A DNA stretch of 63,127 nt, the filler included, from Olpidium bornovanus S191 (lineage: Eukaryota; Fungi; Olpidiomycota), in the NCBI GenBank assembly GCA_017911155.1. It is 30 parts of 30 records of this genome, joined end to end, with 100 filler letters (N's around TTAATTAATTAA, not from the genome) between each part and the next. Parts side by side here need not be neighbours in the genome. Positions count along the whole stretch, not along the records: positions 59,301 to 60,360 come from JAEFCI010001122.1; positions 60,461 to 63,127 come from JAEFCI010007784.1; 28 more parts are not named here. The stretch is one strand, 5' to 3'. This document shows, piece by piece, positions 60,083 to 63,127 of this stretch. Within the stretch, counting starts at the first letter, position 1, and each line of letters begins with the position of its first letter. Made by a program: the position numbers and the translations under genes. The notes under the pieces were generated by a model that was not told the origin of the DNA, did not search any database, and worked only from the letters and a program-made list of their open reading frames with translations.

Positions 60083-61045
60083 CGTACTGGGTGGACGGGT
60101 GGACGTGAGGGAAACTGAAGCGGTGCGGTAACGGCGTGGGACGAGTGGCGTTAGTCGAGCCAAATTCGACTCGTTAAAAACCAAAAGAGCTGTCGGCCAC
60201 GTGATACGCCCTGACTGCCGAAACAAGTTCGTCAGTCCCGGGGGGGCGGCTGTTGTGAAGCGAGAAGCTCAAGGCGACTACCGATAAAAGATTGGGCTGA
60301 ACGTAAGGCTGCGGAAAAAGAAAGATTAAGAGTTGTGACTCGAGACGCGTATGGTTCCCCNNNNNNNNNNNNNNNNNNNNNNNNNNNNNNNNNNNNNNNN
60401 NNNNTTAATTAATTAANNNNNNNNNNNNNNNNNNNNNNNNNNNNNNNNNNNNNNNNNNNNACGGTCGGGTTGGGGGGTTAGGGGGGCGCCGTTGAACCCA
60501 TATCGGCGTCTTTTTCGGCTTCGTCCCGCCGAAACGACGCTCGTGAGCTTCATGGTTGTCCGGGGGGTCGTAGCCGCGAAACATAAAAAAAAAAAAAACA
60601 CTCCTTCCCCCCCTTCCCCCGTGGGGAAAGGGGAAGAGGCCCGTGCCGCGGCGGTCTGCTGGGGTTTCCCTAGTCGGCTGCGTTTGGAATTCCGGCAAAC
60701 CGGCTCACCTGTGGAAGGCAGAGGACGATCCTGCAGAAACGGCGGACAGCAGACTGCGGGGGGGAGGGAAGGGGGGGAAAGTGGGGTACAAAAAGAGAGA
60801 GAGAGACGGACGTAGCACGCCTTCGACGTCCGCCACGCGCGGCAACCGGAGATAAGATAAAATTTGAGGCGTACAAGCCGTTTCCTCGCGCGGGGTGCGA
60901 CGTTGACATGCCGCAGGTCCGGTTGCGCAGCCGCCGTAGACATGCAGGTGGGGTAGGCGGCGAGGAGGAGGCAGCGGCGATTTACAGCGGAAAGCGGTCC
61001 TCCGCCCCCGACGCATGGCCGGCGCGCGGCGACGCCACGGGCGCT

Positions 61046-62450
61046 TCACGAGAAAACGCCTTGGAACATGGTCTTCTCTGTCTCTCTCGCGGCCTTCGCC
61101 TTGTCCCGGAGAACCCTGTTCTCGGCGACGAATTCCGGGTCGTCGGCGTTCATGCGGCCCTTCTCCACGAGGTCGGCCAGGTCGCGCTCGGCCAGGTCGA
61201 GGGCGCGGCCGATGCGCGAGTACGCCTGCGCCCGGCAGAACAGCGCTTTGACGCAAGCGCGGGTCGTCCTGCAGCACCTTCGTGCACTGTTCCACCGCGG
61301 CCTGGAGCGCGCCCTGGTGAGGGAGGTCAGCCTTGGCGCCGATGCTCCTGTCGACCCGAAGGCAGCAGGCCGCGTAGTTGAGCCGGCACTGGCGCGTGAG
61401 CAGCTCCAGGTCCGAAAAGCGGAGCTCTGAGCCGTCCTTCAGGACCGCCGTGGGCCCGGCCTCCTCGCTCTCCTGCGGCCAACCGGCGTCTGGCGCCGGC
61501 GCCGCGGCCCGCTCCTCGGGCTCCCGGTCTCCCAGTTCGGAGGCTGCGGCAGCCTCCGCTCTCGCTCCTTCTCCGCCCGCTCGCTCTCGGCCCTCGCGTC
61601 GCGCTGCGAGTCGATGGCCTCGGGAAACATCGCTAGGCTCTCCAGGAGGGCCAGCGCGCAAGCGTACGAGTCCCTCGCCTCGGCCACCCTCCCCTCCCCG
61701 TAAAGGCAGGCCCCGCGCTCCTTGAGAGCGCGGGCCTCCGCCCACTTCTCGCTCGACGACATCTCCCAGATCTTCTTTGCGAATTGTCCAGCTTCCTCCA
61801 GTTCCAGCAGGTGGATATCGAGCGCCATGGGCGCGGAGGAAAGGTTGGCCAAGTCCCAATTCTCGGGCTCCGCGAGCTCTGCGCACATGGCGACCGCGCA
61901 GACCGAGTTGCGGAACGGTGGGATAGAGGAGAGGGGCTCTCCGCGGGCTATGGCGCGCGCTTTCTTGGCCTCCTTGCGGAGAAGGGTTTAAAGCCGGATG
62001 TAACCCTGGGAAAAAAGAACGCTCCCGCCCGCCGCGTCGTGACAGGTGCGGGGAATTTTGAGTCGGGATCGCGGGGGGTTTCGGAAGGTGAACGAGAGAG
62101 ATCAAGAAAGAGAGAGAAAGCCGGGACCTCGCACGATCAGCGTTCCAGACGGCGAAAAAGCCCGCAAAGTGGAAATGATGGCAAACAGGCGGTTTTTTTT
62201 ATTGATGCGCGCCCGGAAAGGTGAGGAGGGGGGAAAGTGGAGCGGGGGACGAGGCGGGTCGGCACGCACGTCGGTGTACTCGGGCATGACCAAGAGCTTT
62301 GCCCTCTCGCCGACGCGCATGCTCCGCACGGCCAGCTCCACGCCGGCACCATGAACTGCCTCCCGATCCGCGGGTCGAACGGCTTCCCCGGCGCCGTCGC
62401 CCCCTCGTACTCCGGGTCCCTCGTGTCCCTTTTGGGGTCGTAAGAGAGGG
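61046..62450 (-). pseudogene. AIP: AH-receptor-interacting protein (AIP/XAP2/AIPL1) homologue, FKBP-like + TPR, with 3 frameshifts and 1 in-frame stop as assembled
   Basis: GKPFDPRIGRQFMVPAW-ELAVRSMRVGE; WEMSSSEKW...LKERG..LY.EG...EA...Y..AL..LE.L; LNYAAC.L...VEQCTKVL; CVKALFCRAQA; ends EKTMFQGVFS*. The homology is solid; pseudogene versus sequencing error is unresolved. Confidence 0.75.
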
Positions 62451-62915
62451 CGGGAAGGGGGGGCGAGGGGGGAATCGCCGCCGGGCGACGCCTTTTCCCG
62501 TCTGAGGCACGAAGAAGCGAAATTAAAAAACGGAACATATCGCCGGCCGAACTCCGCTAGCCGGTCCTTTTCAAAAGACGTTCTATCTTTGGCAGGCCAG
62601 ACCGATCTCTCCCCCCACCCGCCCTCCCGAAATAGAGGCGGGAACGCGGAACGGCGGCGGTTTTGCGTGTATGTTCTGTGCGCGCGCGCGTGTTGTTGGG
62701 GCGAGGAAAGGGAACGGGGGGAAGGGGGGAGAAGGGGGACAGCAAGGTTCCTCCTTTTCCTGGAACGACTTCCCCCCTCCCAAAAAAAAAAAAAAAAAAA
62801 ATCCCCCGGTGTTGGGGTGCGAAGCGCAGAAAACCTTTTTTTTACTCCTTCACGTGGCGGAAGCAGAGGAAACAGGAAAAAAAAAGGCAGAAAAAAAACG
62901 GCGGCGGGGTTCCCG

Positions 62916-63048
62916 TCATGTCAGCCGCTGGACGACCACGGCGTTGAGCAGGCCCGCGTCCTTGAGGGTGAGCTTCTCGTCATCGATGTCCTTGGTCGGA
63001 AACGTCGTCTGCAGCGTGTAGGCCCGCGACGCCTGCCCGACGCGGGAC
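62916..63048 (-). CDS. UBX-domain protein, last exon
   Basis: YTLQTTFPTKDIDDEKLTLKDAGLLNAVVVQRLT* after a CAG acceptor. Confidence 0.85.
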
Positions 63049-63127
63049 CTGCGGGAGAGAGAGATAAAGAGAGAGTCCGATACGGGCGCCGTGTTTAGCA
63101 AAACTCGGGCCGTCCGGGCCCGGTCGG

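Larger units (their letters stand above)
2647..60460. other. 29 artificial 100-nt contig spacers (N44-TTAATTAATTAA-N44); window is a concatenation of ~30 contigs
   Basis: The identical all-frame-stop linker flanked by N runs recurs from 2647-2746 to 60361-60460, and genes are cut abruptly at each one. Confidence 0.98.

Noticed and set aside
2647-60460. Regularly repeated TTAATTAATTAA motif as a CRISPR-like or regulatory repeat; gene clustering across the window
   Set aside because: Artificial linker embedded in N runs; adjacency across it has no biological meaning.
1-63127. tRNA, rRNA, telomeric repeats or endogenous viral genes
   Set aside because: None recognised by eye; tRNAscan/Infernal were not run, so small RNAs could be missed.

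Overview
This is not one continuous locus. It is about 30 unrelated short contigs (1-4 kb) joined by artificial 100-nt spacers (N44-TTAATTAATTAA-N44), so gene neighbourhood across spacers is meaningless and most genes are truncated. The DNA is GC-rich, intron-dense and microsatellite-rich. It comes from a fungus (fungal-type CPS1, AVO1/SIN1, EPL1, HEM1, Net1-like domain) that keeps cilium genes (AK7, ARMC9, a WDR49-like fragment), i.e. a zoosporic early-diverging fungus; an Olpidium-like organism is my guess only. Recognisable housekeeping genes: TM9SF, SOD1, ACMSD, HEM1, EPL1, NUP57, AVO1, RSAD1, YKT6, ARH1, beta-adaptin, RRP8, SIL1, Ariadne E3, CPS1, RPL12, LONP2 and a UBX protein. The most interesting items are: (1) a ~124-aa 'mini-cortactin' with the acidic DDW region and one repeat but no SH3; (2) a secreted protein with an Ala/Pro/Asp repeat stalk and a bacterial-type 3D (MltA-like) domain; (3) a ~210-bp dispersed repeat found on two contigs and partly inside a gag-only retroelement; (4) an AIP/XAP2 homologue with four reading-frame lesions; (5) a RecQ with a bacterial-like domain order and a frameshifted repeat tail; (6) a SYP7-like SNARE and an SLC35C1-like GDP-fucose transporter. 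All family calls come from motif recall and manual translation; no database searches were run.
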